A DNA stretch of 64,000 nucleotides from an uncultured Planctomycetaceae bacterium (GCA_963833985.1 CAWIAD010000002.1:1888001-1952000); one strand, 5' to 3'. Counted from the first letter of the stretch, positions 1 to 10,694 are shown. The notes: a model not told the origin generated them from the letters alone. Program-made: numbers and translations.

Positions 1-1804
1 CGTCCCAACCTCGAACATCTTGATGAGCGCTGTTTGCTCTCAACCGGGGTCACCGCAAACTTGCACCACCTTGCCGCTTCGGCCTCCGCTCCGCACGCGG
101 CCACGGCCCATGCCAACCACGCCGGGCCACTGGCCCATGCCGGGCAACCGGCCCACACAGCGCAGTCGGTGCACGCGCATCGCCTCCTGACGCGCGGGGC
201 AAACCTGAAGGTCGCGCTTCCGGCCGCGGCAGCGCCGGCATCGGCTCCGGAGCGGCCGGCGGGAACCCTGGTCGCTGGCACGCCCACGACCTTCGATCCG
301 ATCATCGGTGCCGCCACGGCCCGCCAGCAATACAGCGTCGACGGCACGGGCATGACCGTCGCGGTGATCGACACCGGCGTCGATTACAACAACCCGGCCC
401 TCGGCGCAGGCTACGGCCCGAACGCCAAGGTGATCGCCGGCTACAACTTCGCCAGCAACTCCCCGGACCCGATGGCGACCGGCTCACAGCACGGCACCGC
501 CGTCGCCGGGCTGATCGGATCGCAGGCCCCCAACGACCTGGGCGTTGCGCCCGGAGTGAAGATCGTCGCGCTGCGGGTGACCGACTCCAGCAACACCGCC
601 AGCCTCACGAACATTGCCAATGCCCTCCAGTGGGTGATCAATAATCACAGCACTTATCATATTACTGTTGTGAATATGTCTCTGTCCGACGGCGGCAATT
701 ACGCGCAGAACTGGTTTGCCTATGACGGCGGGGTCGGACAGCAGATCACCAGCCTGATCGGTCAGCTCTCCAGTCTGAACATTCCCGTGGTCTCCGCCAC
801 CGGCAACAGCTTCAGCGGCCAGCAGGGTGAGGGGTTCACCTCGATCATCTCCGGGGTCATCAGCGTCACGGCCACGAACACCAGCGATCAGCTCTTGCCG
901 GACGCTCAGCGTCTGGGCCCGACGATCGGCATGGGTACCATGACGGACCTGGCCGCCCCCGGTCAGGGCATGACCGCTCCCACGGGCGACAACGGTTATT
1001 CCACGGTCGAGGGAACCAGCTTCGCGACCCCGCTGGTGAGCGGAGCGGTCGTGCTGCTTCAGCAGATCTACCAGGCGCGTTTCGGCAGCCTGCCGACCGT
1101 CGGCCAGGTGACCCAGTGGCTGGAGCAGGGCTCGGATCCGATCCATGATCCGGTCACGGGCCTGACGATCGGCCGGCTCGATATCCCCAAGGCGGCCGCC
1201 CTCATTCCCGCGGCCCACGCGGCACAGCCGCCCACGGCTCCGCCCGCGCCCGCACCGCCGCCAGTGACGGTCTCCATCCCCGCAGTCCAGACCAGCACGG
1301 CAACGTCCACTCCGGTCTCGTACACGCCTGCCCCCACGTCGGCGGCTGCGGCCGCGACGGCCACGACAACAACTTCGACCTCGAGTTCGAGTTCGACCAC
1401 GAGTTCGACCTCGACCTCAATTTCGACTTCGACCACGAGTTCGACATCGACCTCGGCCACCACCGCCTCCGGGACGCAGTCGACTCCCGCTCCGACCGGT
1501 TCGACACTCTCCTCCAACGTGAAGGTCTTCGTCAACGGCCAGCAGGTCAGCTCGTTAAATACCGCGCCGCCGAGCGCAGTTGCCTTCCATGCCCCAGCAG
1601 AGCTACGACTCGTTGCTCAAAGCCATGAGCGCCTGGGCGGCGGGCAGCACGGGTGCGGGCCAGGCGTCGGCGAGCAACGCCAGCCAGGTACGCATCTGGA
1701 ACGCGACTTCCCAGGTCACCAGCCTGTCGCCCGCGGGAAGGATTCTTCCTGTCGGTCACCTGGCGGTGAAGCTGGCGGGGTTGCATCGCCTGCGGCACCG
1801 CTGA
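1..1804 (+). CDS. Secreted S8 (subtilisin-like) serine protease with planctomycete N-terminal motif and Ser/Thr-rich linker; 5' end outside window; apparent frameshift near 1585
   Basis: Frame 1 opens RPNLEHLDERCLLS (planctomycete LExLExRxLL-like motif). Triad motifs VAVIDTG, HGTAVAG and GTSFATP. Removing one base at gccttccatg joins the ORF 1580..1804. A terminator-like hairpin follows. Confidence 0.85.
1366..1470 (+). repeat. Low-complexity TCGACC/TCGAGT hexamer-like repeats encoding a Ser/Thr linker
   Basis: acttcgacctcgagttcgagttcgaccacgagttcgacc... translates as TSTSSSSSTTSSTSTS. Confidence 0.7.
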
Positions 1805-1868
1805 CCGCGGGCACTCGACGTCATCGCACGGCGAGTCCGCATGCGTTACAATCGCCAGGGTTCCGAGC

Positions 1869-1915
1869 AGCCCCGCGCATTCCTCACCGAGGAGGGCGCC
1901 GGGGCTTTCGGTTTT
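1869..1915 (+). terminator. Probable intrinsic terminator after the S8 protease
   Basis: agccccg...cggggct stem followed by ttcggtttt. Confidence 0.5.
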
Positions 1916-1956
1916 GGCGATCCGATGCATGGGTTTGCAGTGAGGGGAGGTGGACG

Positions 1957-2691
1957 TTGGCCGCGGCGTTGACGACGGCTCTGATCACCGGAGCAGGCAG
2001 TGGAATCGGCAGGGGCATCGCGCGGACGCTCGATCAGATGGGGCTGCGGCTGGCACTGGTCGGACGCGACCTGCAAAAGCTGGAACGGGTCCGCTCCGAA
2101 CTGGCCGGGGGCCGGGAGACCGCCCTGGCGCTGGCTTGCGACGTGGCCGATCGCGAGGCGGCTGCCGCGGTGGTCCGGCGCGTGCTGGAATCATTCGGCT
2201 CGATCGACCTGCTGGTCTGCAACGCGGGCACGAACGTGCGCAACCGCAGTCTCGAAACACTGGCGCCCGACGACTGGGACCGGATGATCGCCGTTAACCT
2301 GACGGGGCCGTTCAACCTGGTCCAGAACGTCCTGCCGTCGATGCGGGAACGCAAGAACGGGCTGGTGATCCAGATCTGCTCGATCTCGGGAATCCGCGCC
2401 AGCACGCTGGGCGGCGTCGGCTACTCGGCGTCCAAGTTCGGCCAGAGTGCGCTGGGGATCTGCCTGGGACGTGAGGAAGGCGCGCGGGGAATACGCTCCA
2501 CGGTCATTTATCCCGGCGAGGTGAACACTCCGATCCTCGATGCCCGCCCCGTCCCCGTTCCGGCGGAGCGGCGTGCGGCCATCCTGCAACCGGAAGACAT
2601 TGCGGCCGCCGTCCGTTTCCTGGTCGAGCTTCATCCCCGGGCCCGGGTTCCCGAGCTGGTGATCACGCCGACGGTCGATGATTTCTGCTAA
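1957..2691 (+). CDS. Short-chain dehydrogenase/reductase (SDR)
   Basis: TGAGSGIG Rossmann motif, CNAG, YSASK catalytic motif. TTG start after a GGAGG RBS. Confidence 0.9.
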   Translation: MAAALTTALITGAGSGIGRGIARTLDQMGLRLALVGRDLQKLERVRSELAGGRETALALACDVADREAAAAVVRRVLESFGSIDLLVCNAGTNVRNRSLETLAPDDWDRMIAVNLTGPFNLVQNVLPSMRERKNGLVIQICSISGIRASTLGGVGYSASKFGQSALGICLGREEGARGIRSTVIYPGEVNTPILDARPVPVPAERRAAILQPEDIAAAVRFLVELHPRARVPELVITPTVDDFC

Positions 2692-2713
2692 ATAGATCCT
2701 CGCCTCTTGGAAT

Positions 2714-2764
2714 GTGGGCCAGCCGCCCTCGGCTGGCTCAGGACGGCCGAGGGCGGGCATTCCA
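2714..2764. repeat. REP-like palindrome between convergent genes (possible bidirectional terminator)
   Basis: gtgggccagccgccctcggctgg...acggccgagggcgggcattccac, with an 11-bp stem ccgccctcggc/gccgagggcgg. Confidence 0.55.
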
Positions 2765-2837
2765 CACTTTCCCTCTTACGGGGAGCTATTTAGGCGCCGC
2801 GATCGGCTGAACCGGCCGCAGCCATGAGGCTGCCCGG

Positions 2838-4811
2838 TCAGGCCGAGAGTTGGGCGGCCTCGAGCTGCTCACCGTTGCTGAACTCGTTGAACTCCAGGTA
2901 GAGCAGGTGACGGTAGAGCTTGCTCTCGGTCTGGAGCTGCGCCGGTGCTCCCGCCTCTTCCACCTGGCCGTTATGCAGGAGGATGATCTGGTCGGCGGAC
3001 CGGATCGTCGCGAGCCGGTGCGGCAGCAGGATCAGCGTTCGCCCGAAGGCAAGCCGGGCCAGGGTGTCATCCAGCAGGTGGCGCACGTCCTCGTCGAGCG
3101 TGACCGCGGGCTCCTCGACGATCACGATCGAGGGATCGTGCAAGTAGGCCCGTGCCAGGGCAATCCGGAACTGCTCGTCGGGCCGCAAGTAGTGGCCCAG
3201 CGGGCCAATGATCGTGTCGTAGCCGTGGGGAAGGTCCTGGATGAACTGGTGCGCGTGGGCCAGCTTGGCCGCTTCGATCACGCGCGGCAAGCTGTTGAAC
3301 GGATCTCCCATGCCGATGTTGACCATGACCGAATCGGTGAAGACCAGGTCCGCCTGGAGCACGAGACCGACCTGGGCGCGGACGGATTCCAGCGTGACGT
3401 CGCGCAGATCGTGGCCGTCAATCAAGACGCGACCCACCTGGGGATCGGTGAGCCGTGGAATGAGGCAGGCCAGGGCCTGCTTGCCGTCCTCATCCAGCCC
3501 CATGAGAACCGTCCGGGTGCCGGCCGGAATCTCCGCGGACACGTTCTCGAGCAGGGTCCGTCCCGACCGGCTCTTGAGCGTGACTCCTTCGAGAATGATC
3601 TGCTCCTTCATGGCACCCAGGAAATGGGCGCCCACGTTCTGGTGCAGCTCCGGCGAACGCTCCAGGAATTCAAAGATGCCGGCGGCCGATCGGTTCGCCT
3701 GGCGAATCGACTTTCGCGTGGCGATCCAGACGGACAGCGGATGTGAGAGCCCAGCAAGAGAGGCCAGCAGAACCAGCATGGTGGCGATCGAGATCTGCTC
3801 GCGGATGAGCACGACATAGCCCAGCAGCCCCAGGGCGATCGCCAGCGCCGCTCCGTAGAGCAGGGCGGTGGTCGGGTTCAGCTTCGGCTCGGTGACGATG
3901 CGCCGCAGATCCGCCTCGCGGAACCGGTCGAGATGCTCGTCGAAGCGCTGGCGGTCGTAGTTCTCCGCGCCATGGATCCGCACGGTGCGCAGCAGGCCGA
4001 GATCCTCGTGCAGCAGGCAAAGCTGCACCGAGACGTCGCGCAGGGCGGCATCCTGCGCCAGCCGGGCATCCCGATTCAGTTGCCGGGAGATGTAGCCCAC
4101 CAGCAAGCCCAGCGCGCCAAGGAAGATGGTCAGGATGGGCGAAGCGACCAGGGCGATCAGGATCAGGCCAGCCGCCAGGATCTCCAGCCGCGGGGTATGG
4201 CCCAGATCGGCCAGCAGTCCGTCGCGGATGTCGTTGACTTCACGGGTCCAGATGTTCACGACCGGCCCGATGCCTTCGGTTGGCAGCGACGACTGGCCGA
4301 GGCGGTACATCTGGCGGTGGATCTGGTGCCGCAACGTTGTCGCCAGGTTGGTGGCCGCCCGCGCCATGGCGCGACGGCGCCACTGCGTGACGAACAGCAG
4401 TGCCAGCATGAGCAGCAATCCCACGGCCAGAAGCGTGGTGAGCGCACCCAGGTTGTTGCGCAAAGGGGTGATCAGAGCGGAGATAAAATCGAGCAGCCGG
4501 GCGCCGGCGCGATGGACCGGGTTCGCCGACAGAAGATTGTTGGCAACCAGGGGAAAGACCCCCGTGTTCCGGAACCGCAGCACGTCGCCATCGAGCACTC
4601 CCTGGTTGGCGACCCATGCCGGCAGGCGGTGCGCCTCCGCTCTGGGGAACCGCGCCGCGCCGCGCGAGGCCATGAGCGCCACGAACAGGCACATGGTGCC
4701 CAGCAGCGCCAGCAGCAGCAACGACTGTACGGCACCCAGAACCCGGGCGGTGATCAGGTCTGGATGGGAACCCAGAAGTGCCCGCGCGCGGCGATACGCA
4801 TCGGCTTGCAT
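2838..4811 (-). CDS. ABC exporter fused TMD-NBD subunit with degenerate nucleotide-binding motifs
   Basis: N-terminal TM helices. NBD with LVLQ Q-loop, LPHGYDT and PHRL, but Walker A reads GLDEDGKQ, signature LRPDEQ and Walker B IVIVEE. Confidence 0.85.
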   Translation of the reverse strand: MQADAYRRARALLGSHPDLITARVLGAVQSLLLLALLGTMCLFVALMASRGAARFPRAEAHRLPAWVANQGVLDGDVLRFRNTGVFPLVANNLLSANPVHRAGARLLDFISALITPLRNNLGALTTLLAVGLLLMLALLFVTQWRRRAMARAATNLATTLRHQIHRQMYRLGQSSLPTEGIGPVVNIWTREVNDIRDGLLADLGHTPRLEILAAGLILIALVASPILTIFLGALGLLVGYISRQLNRDARLAQDAALRDVSVQLCLLHEDLGLLRTVRIHGAENYDRQRFDEHLDRFREADLRRIVTEPKLNPTTALLYGAALAIALGLLGYVVLIREQISIATMLVLLASLAGLSHPLSVWIATRKSIRQANRSAAGIFEFLERSPELHQNVGAHFLGAMKEQIILEGVTLKSRSGRTLLENVSAEIPAGTRTVLMGLDEDGKQALACLIPRLTDPQVGRVLIDGHDLRDVTLESVRAQVGLVLQADLVFTDSVMVNIGMGDPFNSLPRVIEAAKLAHAHQFIQDLPHGYDTIIGPLGHYLRPDEQFRIALARAYLHDPSIVIVEEPAVTLDEDVRHLLDDTLARLAFGRTLILLPHRLATIRSADQIILLHNGQVEEAGAPAQLQTESKLYRHLLYLEFNEFSNGEQLEAAQLSA

Positions 4812-4844
4812 GCGTGAGGTCCCCCAACTACGATGCCCAGCGGA

Positions 4845-5666
4845 TCAGGCCAGGTCGCGATCCTCGAACAGCAGGAATGCGAAGAGCAGGGCTGCTCCAC
4901 TGTACAACACGCAATAGCCAAATGCCGGGAGGACGTAATCAAACCACGGAATCACCGCGCCTGTGGAGATCGACGGGCCGGCGTTGAAGAACTCCAGCGA
5001 GGGTAAGAGCCACGCGAAATACCGGGCCATGAAGCTGACCAGCTCGTTCACCTGGTTCTGTGACGTCACTTCCACGAGAACCGGGCTGAGATGTCCGAGG
5101 AAGAAGATCATGATGCAAACGAGCAGGTTGACGAGCATCGGCATACGCGTCGAGATGGCGATGCTGATGCTCGTGAGGATGGTCACCTCGAAGAAGCCCA
5201 GTGCCAGCCCCGGCAAGATCTGCGTTACCTGGGCAATCCGCTTGGACGTTTCCGCCACACCACCCGCGGACTCCCTCATGTCATAAGCGTATTTGTACCA
5301 GAGCCCCCCCGCAAAGAGGGCGCCGAGCAGGATATAAAGCGCGAGCACCCCGAGCTCGATACCCACGAACTTGCCGATGATGAACTGGCGGCGATTGATC
5401 GGTTTGGACAGCAGGGTGATCGCTGTTTTCCCTTCGATCTCCTCCGCCACCGTCGAGCTTGCCGTCAACAGCGATAGCAGCATGCAGGCAAAGGAAATTG
5501 TGGTGAGCCCGGTGTCCTTGTACATCTTGATGTCTTCGCCGAAAGTGAAGTAGGGCACGAAGATCGTGAAGATCAAAAGTGCTCCGGCAAAGACGGCGAT
5601 CACGAAGAAGACAGGCTGCCGGATCGTCTCCTTGGCTGTGGCGAAGGCGATCGTCAATGATTTCAT
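4845..5666 (-). CDS. ABC-2-type transporter permease
   Basis: Multiple TM helices, EIEGKTAITLLSKPINRRQFIIGKF motif, C-terminal FEDRDL. Start set at MKSLTIAF. Confidence 0.85.
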   Translation of the reverse strand: MKSLTIAFATAKETIRQPVFFVIAVFAGALLIFTIFVPYFTFGEDIKMYKDTGLTTISFACMLLSLLTASSTVAEEIEGKTAITLLSKPINRRQFIIGKFVGIELGVLALYILLGALFAGGLWYKYAYDMRESAGGVAETSKRIAQVTQILPGLALGFFEVTILTSISIAISTRMPMLVNLLVCIMIFFLGHLSPVLVEVTSQNQVNELVSFMARYFAWLLPSLEFFNAGPSISTGAVIPWFDYVLPAFGYCVLYSGAALLFAFLLFEDRDLA

Positions 5667-5794
5667 GGTTGTGAGCTTCGCGGAGTGTGGGATGAAAGAG
5701 GAATAGGGTCGCCCGGTGTCGGCCCGTTCATCAACCTGGCAAACCCTGGTACCGTCGAGAGAGCGATAAACTGAGTCCAGGCAAAGGTTTGTTT

Positions 5795-5820
5795 CTCGTT
5801 CCCACGCAGAGCGTGGGCAT
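5795..5820. repeat. REP-like palindrome (CTCGTTCCCACGC type)
   Basis: ctcgttcccacgcagagcgtgggcat, with stem cccacgc/gcgtggg. Degenerate second copy at 60326-60354. Confidence 0.55.
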
Positions 5821-5876
5821 TGTCCCACAATGGCCATGGCGCGCCGACCGTAGGGTGGGTCAGCGTAGCGCAACCC

Positions 5877-7325
5877 CATAGCGTCCAACTTAAGGAATTT
5901 GGCCTAGGAAAAAAGAAAGGAAGTCCTTAATCCAGTTCGCGTTGTATCGAGCAAGCGCGTCCTGGAAGAAGGAGCTTCCGTTGGGGATCATAAACAAGGT
6001 GGCCGTGTTGTTGCAATCGAGCTTGGGTTCGAAACTCGACGAGATCGGTCGTGCGACGGGCGTGATCCGGCGGCAACGAAAATTCTCGGGCGCGTCGCTG
6101 CTCAAGACCATGGTTCTGACTGTGATGAAGACGCCTCGCCCCCATACCAACGACTTCGTCGCGACGGCGGCACTGCTGGGTGTGAACGTGACTGCCGAGG
6201 CGATCGAAAAGCGGTTCTCGGAGAAGCTCGTCGCGCACTTGCGCGCGGGTTTGGAACACGTGTTGGAGTCCGTCGTGGAGGCGTCGGCGGCCGGCGTGGC
6301 GCTGCTGGACAAGTTCACCGCCGTCGTGATCGCCGACAGCACCACGGTGACCTTGCCCGACGAATTCGAGGCGGAATTTCCCGGCTGCGGTGGCAAAACG
6401 GGCAGTGGTAAGGCAGCGGTGAAAATTCAGGTGGCGTGGGAACTGCGCCGCGGTCAGTTGGAGAAGTTGGAGGTCCATCCCGGTCGTCACAGCGACGCCA
6501 CGAGCGTGGACGTGGACGCACCAGTGGCCTCCGGATCGCTGACGCTCCGCGACCTGGGATACTTTTGCCTGGAGCGGTTCCGATCCATCGGTGCGCAAGG
6601 AGCTTATTGGATTTCGCGTTGGCAACACGGCACGGCCGTTTTCGACGCGGAGGGGCGGCGATGGGAGATGCTGGCGTTTCTCCGACGGCAACCCGCCGGC
6701 ATGCCGGTCGACGTGTCGATCGCGGTGGGCGCGGCGGAGCGTCTGGGATGTCGGTTGATCGCCTTGCGAGTGCCTCCGGAGGTGGCGAACCGACGTCGGC
6801 AAGCGGCCTACGAAAAGGCTCAAAAACACGGCCGCGTGCCCACGCAAGAACATCTGGACTTGTGCGACTGGACGATTTTCCTGACCAACTGCCTGGCCGC
6901 ACTTCTGACGTGGAAAGAGGTCGTGGTCCTGTATCGGACGCGCTGGCAAATCGAACTGCTGTTCAAACTTTGGAAATCTCACAACCACCTCGCCGAGTCG
7001 CGTGCACACTGGACCAGCATGGAACGCCTGGCGTTGTTCTGGGCGAAACTGATCGGCGTGGTGCTTCAGCATTGGCTGCTCCTGACCGCGAACGCGGCCG
7101 ATCCCCGCCGCAGCCACTGGAAAGCGGCCCGCGTCATCCGGAACTGGATGGAATCCCTGACCCGAGCGTTGGATAACATCGACGAGCTCATACGCACCTT
7201 GAGAGACATGGCCACGACGATCGCCAGCGTCGCTCAGAAGAAACGTCGGAAGAAACGGCCCAGCCTATTCCAACTCCTTTTGGATCCAGAACTTCTGGAA
7301 TGGAATCCTTAAGTTGGACGCTATG
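5877..7325 (+). mobile_element. IS4-family insertion sequence (CAT-terminated, ISH8-like) inserted in a GTAG-type REP
   Basis: Perfect TIRs catagcgtccaacttaagga (5877-5896) and tccttaagttggacgctatg (7306-7325). Flanking direct repeat gggtcagcgtagcgcaaccc at 5857-5876 and 7326-7345. Confidence 0.92.
5981..7312 (+). CDS. IS4-family DDE transposase
   Basis: IADSTT, RDLGYF and YRTRWQIELLFK (YREK) motifs. TTG start after AAGGAG. Stop codon lies inside the right TIR. Confidence 0.92.
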   Translation: MGIINKVAVLLQSSLGSKLDEIGRATGVIRRQRKFSGASLLKTMVLTVMKTPRPHTNDFVATAALLGVNVTAEAIEKRFSEKLVAHLRAGLEHVLESVVEASAAGVALLDKFTAVVIADSTTVTLPDEFEAEFPGCGGKTGSGKAAVKIQVAWELRRGQLEKLEVHPGRHSDATSVDVDAPVASGSLTLRDLGYFCLERFRSIGAQGAYWISRWQHGTAVFDAEGRRWEMLAFLRRQPAGMPVDVSIAVGAAERLGCRLIALRVPPEVANRRRQAAYEKAQKHGRVPTQEHLDLCDWTIFLTNCLAALLTWKEVVVLYRTRWQIELLFKLWKSHNHLAESRAHWTSMERLALFWAKLIGVVLQHWLLLTANAADPRRSHWKAARVIRNWMESLTRALDNIDELIRTLRDMATTIASVAQKKRRKKRPSLFQLLLDPELLEWNP

Positions 7326-7525
7326 GGGTCAGCGTAGCGCAACCCACCGGCTGGCAGGGCCTTGCCTGCGCCGAACCGCACACGCCGTACGACCTCCTGG
7401 GACGATGCCTCCGCGTGGGCACAAGTCTTTCACAAATCTCTTGCCCCTTTGTAAATGAGTGCTACTTGAACCGTATTCTGGCAAACCCCGGTCCTTCGAG
7501 AAAAGTGATTGATCGCGCGTCGGCA

Positions 7526-7804
7526 TCAAAACCGGATCTGGAACCCTTGCAGGGGCGGGTCGCCGGCCGGTTCGTCGTCATCGGTCATATCGTGAATGTG
7601 TCCACCCACCTCTTGCTTGATGGCATCCAGGAACCTGTCCAGTTCGGCGGGGTCCGCCTCGGCAAGCAATTCCACGCGGCCATCGGGCAGATTCCGGACG
7701 TAGCCGGCCACCTCGAAGCCGCCGGCCAGCCAGCGGCAAGTGGCTCGAAAGCCGACACCCTGAACCCGGCCACTGAACTGGACGCGACGTCGAACCAGAG
7801 CCAT
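7526..7804 (-). CDS. acyP: Acylphosphatase
   Basis: GRVQGVGFR and GYVRNLPDGRVE signature motifs. Confidence 0.93.
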   Translation of the reverse strand: MALVRRRVQFSGRVQGVGFRATCRWLAGGFEVAGYVRNLPDGRVELLAEADPAELDRFLDAIKQEVGGHIHDMTDDDEPAGDPPLQGFQIRF

Positions 7805-8057
7805 GGACCTGGGCGTCACCCCATGCTCGACCAAGGTGATCATTCGCGTGACCGCCGACGGTGCCGCGTAAATGACACTCGGTCCCCAGTTTAGCGAGCA
7901 CCTCGAAGTCGTCGCAAGGGGCAGCAACCCTTGCGGGAACCTCAACAGAACGCTCGCCGGGCAAGAAAGGTTCGGTCGGGTCGCACGGGATGTGCAGGAA
8001 CGCGGCGAGATGCTTGCATCCCTCCACTGAACATGAGCCGGCCGCCCGGCATCTTCG

Positions 8058-9439
8058 TCAAAGCCCGTTCAGGGTCACGCGGTCGATGGTGGCCGTGACG
8101 GCCTGGATGGGTGCGAGGGCCGAACGTGCCGGACCGATTCCGAGACCGGGGAACCGGACGGGCGGGGCACCGGTCGAGTTGCCGGCCTTCACCGTGACGT
8201 CCACGAGCGTGAAGGGCAGACGGTTGTCCACCTTGAGCGTCGTGCTGCCGACGCTCCGCCGGGCCGGCTTGACAGTCACGAACGCGCTGGCCATGGCGTG
8301 ATCCACCAGCTCCAGCAGCGACTTACCGTCGAGTGCCTCGGCCGGCGGAGTATCCAGCAGGCTTGCCTTGCCCAGGGGCATCCACCGGTCCGCAGTTGTG
8401 GAATAGCTGGCCAGGATCCGGCCGCGGACCTCGCGGTTCTTGCCTTCGACCAGCTGTACCCGGACGAAGAGCGCCGCCGCGGCCCGCGGCAGCTCGGCCT
8501 GCTCCTGGACCCGCACCGGAAGCCCAAGCAAGCGGAGGCCTTCCATCTGGCCGCTGAACGCTGCCGCGCGGCTGGCCAGCGTGCCCTGGGCCTCGATCTG
8601 GACGAACACGCGATCCTCCAGCAGGGCGGAGTCGTCGACGATCTCAGCCCCTTCGGACCCGTCGAGGACCGAGACAAAACGAGCCGCCAGGGCGATTTCC
8701 TGCTCATTGATCACCTTGCCGGCCTGCTCGGCCATGGCCTCGAACGAGAGGTCGTTGCAGACCCTCCACATCACGGCCTGGGCCACTCCCTGGCTGGTGC
8801 CAATCTGGCAGAGCGTGCGCAGCGACCTGCGGACCCGGGGATCCGGGCTGTAGTCCGCAACGTCCACCAGGGTGAAGCGGTCGCGCGGGGTGGGGGTGGG
8901 CAATCCATAGTTCAGGCAGACCGCCGGCACCAGCACGTCCAGCGATTCACCGGCGGGAAGCGTGAGGAACGGGCGTGCAGCCGGGTCCGTACTGACAACG
9001 GGCCGGGGCTCGGACTCGCCGGGCCGGCGGAACTCTCCGAAGCTGCCCGGGCGGTTGGAGATCATACCCAGGCCCATGCTCTGTAAGCCTCCACCACCGC
9101 CAGCACCTCCGCCACCTCGCTGGCCGGCGGCCGCCGAGGCGACCAGCCCCGGTGGGATAACCACATTCAGCCGCTTGCTCGTCCGGTTGCCGACGGTCAG
9201 GCGAACCCGGTCTTGCCCCTGGCCTCGCGCCACCACATTCAGGGCGCCGGTCTTGCTTCCCCTGAGCAGGTCAATCGTCTCCATGGCCCGGTCGGCCGGT
9301 GCCTGCGACGGCTCCGGGTCATCCAGCCGCTCGCTCTGTGCCGGCGCAAACTTGCACCCGAAGAGCATCAGTCCGCCCGCGATCACTGCGATGACCAGGA
9401 CCGGACGGCAATGTGCTCGCTTCGCCTGACATGTCGCAT
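8058..9439 (-). CDS. Hypothetical exported protein; start uncertain (probable frameshift near 9410)
   Basis: Long coherent frame with a hydrophobic signal-like segment (VLVIAVIAGGLMLFG) and a VCLNYGLPTP motif. An ATG with GGAG RBS at 9439 lies in a neighbouring frame. Confidence 0.6.
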
Positions 9440-9523
9440 GGCTGCAAGCTCCGTGGATCACGCGATGGATCTCCCCCGCGGTGGAAGACGCCCGCTCAAG
9501 GCCGCTTATTCGACAGGACTGGC

Positions 9524-10592
9524 TCAGGCCGCCGATTCCACCGAGCCGCCGAGGGCGCCGCGCACCAGCGGCCAGACCTTCTCGGGAGTGAGCTCCGCGA
9601 AGCAGTCCAGACGGCTGCACCGCTTGCGCAGGCTCGCGGCGCACCAGACGTGGGTCTGGATGGTCTGAACGCGCGGACCGTAGGGCCCGGTCAGTCGCGG
9701 GCTGGTGCAGGTGTAAATGCCAACGACCGATGCGCCCGCGGCTGCCGCCAGGTGGACAGGACCCGTATCGTTGGAGACGAACAGGTCTGACTCCTGCGCG
9801 AGGGCGGCAAGCTGCGGCAGCGTGGTCTGGCCGCACAGGTCCAGCAGCGGGATGGGGGCGAGCGCACTGCCAATCTCGTCGGCCAGGCCGCGGTCTTCCT
9901 GGCCACCCACGCATACCAGCCCGGCCCCGAACTCATGCGCCGTGCGCTGCGCGAGGCTCGGCGAAGTGCCGGGTTGGCCAGCGCTTCGTCAGCCAGCGGG
10001 CTCCCGGATTGAGGACCACGCGCGGGCGCGGGACGTTCGCCAGGGCGGCGACGGCCCAGCGCCGGTCCGCCTCCTGGATCGGCAGATGGAACGCCGGCTC
10101 GAATCGCTCCACGCCCAGCGCCGCGGCCACCTTGCGAATGCGGTCGACCGCATGCAGGGAGCGCCGCGAGGCGTCGACCCGGTGCGTGTAGAGCCAGCGG
10201 GCTCCCTCCCGTGCATCGGCCATGCCCACGCGCACCGGCGCCCGCGTCGCGGCCGTCATCAGTCCGGAGCGCAGTAGCCCTTGCAGGTCAACCGTCAGAT
10301 CGTAGCCTTTCTCCAGGAGCCGGGCGCACAACCCCATCGTCGCCTGCGCTCTGCGCGAGGAGATTCCCGATCTCCCGCGCTGGTAGCTGATGACATGATC
10401 CACGAGCGGATGTCCATCCAGCAAGCTTTGGAACGCGCTGCTGACCACCCAGGTGATCTGGGCCTGCGGGAATAAGGCCTTGAGCCCAGGCAAGATGGGT
10501 AATGCATGCACCACATCTCCGAGCGAGCTCGGCTTGATGATGCAGATGTTCCGAGGTTCAAGACGGCGAACCCGTTCAGCCAGGTCGATCAT
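9524..10592 (-). CDS. Glycosyltransferase family 9 (LPS heptosyltransferase-like); frameshift near 9955
   Basis: IIKPSSLGDVVH, DLQGLLRS, NPGARWLTKRWP, then SNDTGPVHLAAA in the second frame. Confidence 0.88.
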
Positions 10593-10694
10593 CGACAGGA
10601 ACTCCCTTTCCCGCGAGGCGTTGGATGCCGTACTCTAACGGCGGCCGCAACGGAAAACAACGCCGTACGCTGGCGTATTCCGCATCCGGGGGGC

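Noticed and set aside
34..2691. Apparent 885-aa S8 protease-SDR fusion
   Set aside because: Artifact of a frameshift near 1585. The connecting sequence is nonsense-like, the protease ends at 1804 before a terminator-like hairpin, and the SDR has its own RBS and start.
7913..7935. Hairpin cgcaaggg/cccttgcg as a terminator
   Set aside because: The stem is only 8 bp with no U-tract on the relevant strand, which is insufficient support.
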